Assembly (NCBI RefSeq): GCF_902713615.1
Contig: NC_052175.1
Coordinates: forward strand, 9,775,271-9,839,270
Source of the DNA: Scyliorhinus canicula
Taxonomy: Eukaryota
Length of the DNA stretch: 64,000 bases
Direction of reading: 5' to 3'
This document shows positions 60,531-64,000 of the stretch, piece after piece; position 1 is the first letter of the stretch; the number at the start of each line of letters is the position of its first letter. Made by a program: the position numbers and the translations under genes. A model generated the notes under the pieces. The model ran no database searches. It was not told the DNA's origin and saw only the letters and a program-made list of their open reading frames with translations.

Positions 60531-63500
60531 CTATAGTCATCCGCATTCCTTAGAACCCTGGCGTTCACCCTGTACTCCGCATTCAATTTTTTTCTACCAA
60601 AATGAATCACCTCGCACTTATCAGGGTTAAACCTCATCTGCCATATTTCGGCCCAGCTCTGCATCCTATCAATGTCTCTTTGCAGCCTACAACAGCCCTC
60701 CACCTCAGTGTAGTAGTGGACTACTACAGCAAACTTGGTGTCATCAGCAAATGTACTGACACACCCTTCAGCCCCCTCCTCCAAGTCATTGATAAAAATC
60801 ACAAATAGCAATGGACCCAGCACTGATCAATGTGGTACACCGCTGGTAACTGTTCTCCAGTCCGAAAATGTTCCATTCACCACCACCCTCTGTCTTCTAT
60901 GTGATAGCCAGTTACTTATCCAATTTGCCAAATTTCCCTCTATCCCACACCTCCTTACTTTCTTCATGAGCTGACGATGGGGAACCTTATCAAACGCCTT
61001 AATAAAATCCATGTATACGACATCAACTGCTCTACCTTCATCTACACAATTAGTTACCTTCTCAAAGAATTGAATCAAATTTGTGAGGCAAAACTTACCC
61101 TTCATGAATCCGTGTTGACTATCCCGGATTAAACTGCATCTTTTCAAATGGTCATGAATCCTATCCTTCAGGATCTTTTCCATTAACTTACCGACAACCG
61201 AAGTAAGACTTAATTGCCTATAAATACCAGGGTGATTCCTATTCCCTTTCTTGAACAGAAGAAGAACATTCGCCACTCTCCAGTCCTCTGGCACTATCCC
61301 CGTGGACAGTGAGGACCCAAAGATCAAAGCGAAAGGCACTGCAATCTCATCCCTTGCCTCCCAAAGAATCCTTGGATATATCCCATCTGGCACAGGGGAC
61401 TTGTCGACCCTCAGGTTTTTCAAAATTGCTAATACATCCTTCCTCAGAACATCTACCTCCTCCAGCCTACCCGCCTGTATCACACTCTCATCCTCAAATA
61501 CATGCCCCTCTCCTTGGTGATGAACACTGAAGAAAAGTATTCATTCAACGCCTCTCCTATTTCTTCTGACTCAATGCACAAGTTCCCACTACTGCCTTTG
61601 ACCGGCCCTACCCTCACCCTGGTCATTCTTTTATTTCTCACATAAGAGTAAAAAGCCTTGGGGATTTCCTTGATCCGACCCGCCAAGGACTTCTCATGGA
61701 CTTCTGGCTCTCCTTCGCCCTTTTTTGTAGCTCACTCCTTGCTACCTTATAACTCTCAAGCGACCCAACTGAACCTTGTTTTCTCATCCTTACATACTCA
61801 TCCTTTTTCCTCTTGACAAGACATTCAACCTCTTTTGTGAACCATGGTTCCCTCACACGGCCATTTCCTCCCTGCCTGACAGGGACATACCTATCAAGGA
61901 CACGTAGTATTTGTTCCTTGAACAAGGTCCACTTTTCATTTGTGCCTTTCCCTGATAGTTTCTGTTCCCATCTTATGCTCCCTAATTCTTGCCTAATCGC
62001 ATCATAAGTACTCCGCCCCCAATGATAAGCCTTGCCCTGCCGTATGGCCCTATCCCTCTCCATTGCAATAGTGAAAGACACCGAATTGTGATCACTATCT
62101 CCAAAGTGCTCTCCCACAAACAAATCTAACACTTGGCTCTGTTCATTACAAAGTACCAAATCCAATGTGAGGAAATGTGAGTTGAATGGACAAGAACCCT
62201 CTTGTCGACCAATCCACATATTGTGCCAGGAAACCCTCCTTCACACACTGAACAGAAACTGCCGCATTTGAACTGTTCGATCTATAGAGGTTCCAATCAA
62301 TATTTGGAAAGTTAAAGTCATCCATGACAACTACCCTGAGACCTCCATATCCATACTCTGTTTTGCAATTTCTTCCTCCATATCTCTATTACTATTTGGG
62401 GGCCTATAGAAAACTCCTAACAATGTGACCGCTCCTTTCCTATTTCTAACTTTGGCCCATATTACCTAAGTAGACAGATCCCCTTCAAACTGCCTTTCTG
62501 CAGCCGTTAAACTATCCTTGATTAACAATGCTACTCCTCCACCTCTTTTACCACTTTCCTACTCTTACTGAAATATCTATACCCCAGAATGTCCAACAAC
62601 CATTCCTGTCCCTGTTCTAACCATGTCCCCGTAATGGCCACAACATCGTAGTCCCAAGTACCAATCCATGCTCCAAGTTCACCTACCTTATTCCGGATGC
62701 TCCTTGCATTGAAGTAGACACACTTCAACCCACCTTTCTGTCTGCCGGTACACTCCTGCGACCTTGTTACCCTCCTCAGTACCTCACTACTCTCAACACT
62801 GGCTTCTGGACTACAGCTCGTTTTCCCATGCCCCTGACAAATTAGTTTAACCGCCCCCCCCCCCCCCGCCCCGAAGAGCCGTAGCAAATTTCCCTCCCAG
62901 GATGTTGGTGCCTCTCTGTTTCAGGTGCAAACCGTCCTGTCTGTACAGGCCCCACCTTCCCCAAAAGGTGCTCCAATTATCCACGTACCTGAAACCCTCC
63001 CTCCTACACCATCCCTGCAGCCACGTGTTTATCTTCACTCTCTCCCTGTTCCTCACCTCACTAGCACCGGCAACAAACCAGAAATGACAACATGGTTTGT
63101 CCTGGCTCTCAACTTCCACCCTAGCTCCCTAAATTCCTGTTTTAAATCCCCGTCCCTTCTATTACCCATGTCGTTGGTACCAATGTGTACCACGACTTGT
63201 GACTGTTCCCCCTCCGTCTCATGGATTCTGAAAACACAGTCCGAAACTTTACAGACCCTGGCACCTGGGAGGCAACATACCATCCATGAGACTCTCGTGC
63301 CGCATAACCGTCTATCTGTCCCTCTAACTATCGAGTCCCCATTAACTATTGCTCTCCTGCTCTCCCTCCTTCCCTTCTGAGCCACATGGCCGGACTCAGT
63401 GCTGGAGATCCATTCACTGTGGCTTACCCCTGGTAGGTCATCCCCTTCAACAGCATTCAAAACGGTATACTTGTTACTGAGGGGAACAACCACAGAGGAT

Positions 63501-64000
63501 CCCTGCACTGACTGCTTCCTCCCAGCTCCTCTCACTGTCACCCATCTATCTTGATTCTGCGGAGTAACTACATCCCTGAAGTTACTATCTATGACGACCT
63601 CTGCCTCCCGAATTCATCCACCTCCAGCTCCTGTTCAAAAACGCGGTTTATGAGGAGCTGCAGATGGGTGCACCTCCCACAGGTGAAATCAGCAGGGACA
63701 CTGACGGCGTCTCTCACCTCAAACATTCTGCAGGAGGAACATTGCACTGCCTTCCCTGCCATCCCCAATAGATAAAAAAAAGAAAAAGAAAGAAAGAGCT
63801 TACCTGTTATTCACTCTACCTCTTGGGTTGGAGGAGGTGGAAGGGTGGGAGACACTACAAATATAGTGTCTAGGGTTTAGGAACTGCCCAACTTAAATAC
63901 AGGTAAAAATAAAACAGTTAACCAGCAAACACTACACCCCACCCAAGAACAGCAATCAGCTGTTATGGGCCTGCGCAAACAATTTAAATCTTTACTACTT
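60520..64000 (-). mobile_element. CR1 LINE of a related subfamily (5' UTR, ORF1, EN, RT), 3'-truncated, running to the window edge
   Basis: MAGKAVQCSSC, esterase, YFNARSI, GVPH/FADDTK; disrupted. Confidence 0.9.

Overview
Eukaryotic, repeat-dense vertebrate DNA. The HE1-type V-SINEs sharing tails with CR1/HER1-type LINEs point to an elasmobranch (shark); this is inferred, not searched. About 70% is retroelement debris: CR1 LINEs (several young, near-identical copies, all disrupted), an L1 and a CR1 nested in a Rex1/Babar LINE, many SINEs, an ERV relic, a separate Gag relic, and mini/microsatellites. Host genes were reconstructed by hand from splice sites. (1) An apparently intact 8-exon gene on the minus strand (1543-7223, 341 aa) encodes a non-rearranging antigen-receptor-like protein: leader, germline-joined V(J), C1, TM and a tail with a Tyr motif (VJC1/PRARP-like architecture). 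(2) About 2.2 kb upstream, on the opposite strand, lies a decayed V + TM(Arg) + tail-exon relic (9409-10279), which may be the lost activating partner of a receptor pair. (3) A two-exon GPR139/142-like GPCR (23547-28812, minus) has a +1 frameshift in exon 1. The ERV relic keeps a 2H-phosphodiesterase (CNPase-like) module after its protease. One CR1 5' end carries a tandem-duplicated CTCF + E-box + octamer cassette. No databases were searched, family names come from motif recognition, and repeat boundaries are approximate.
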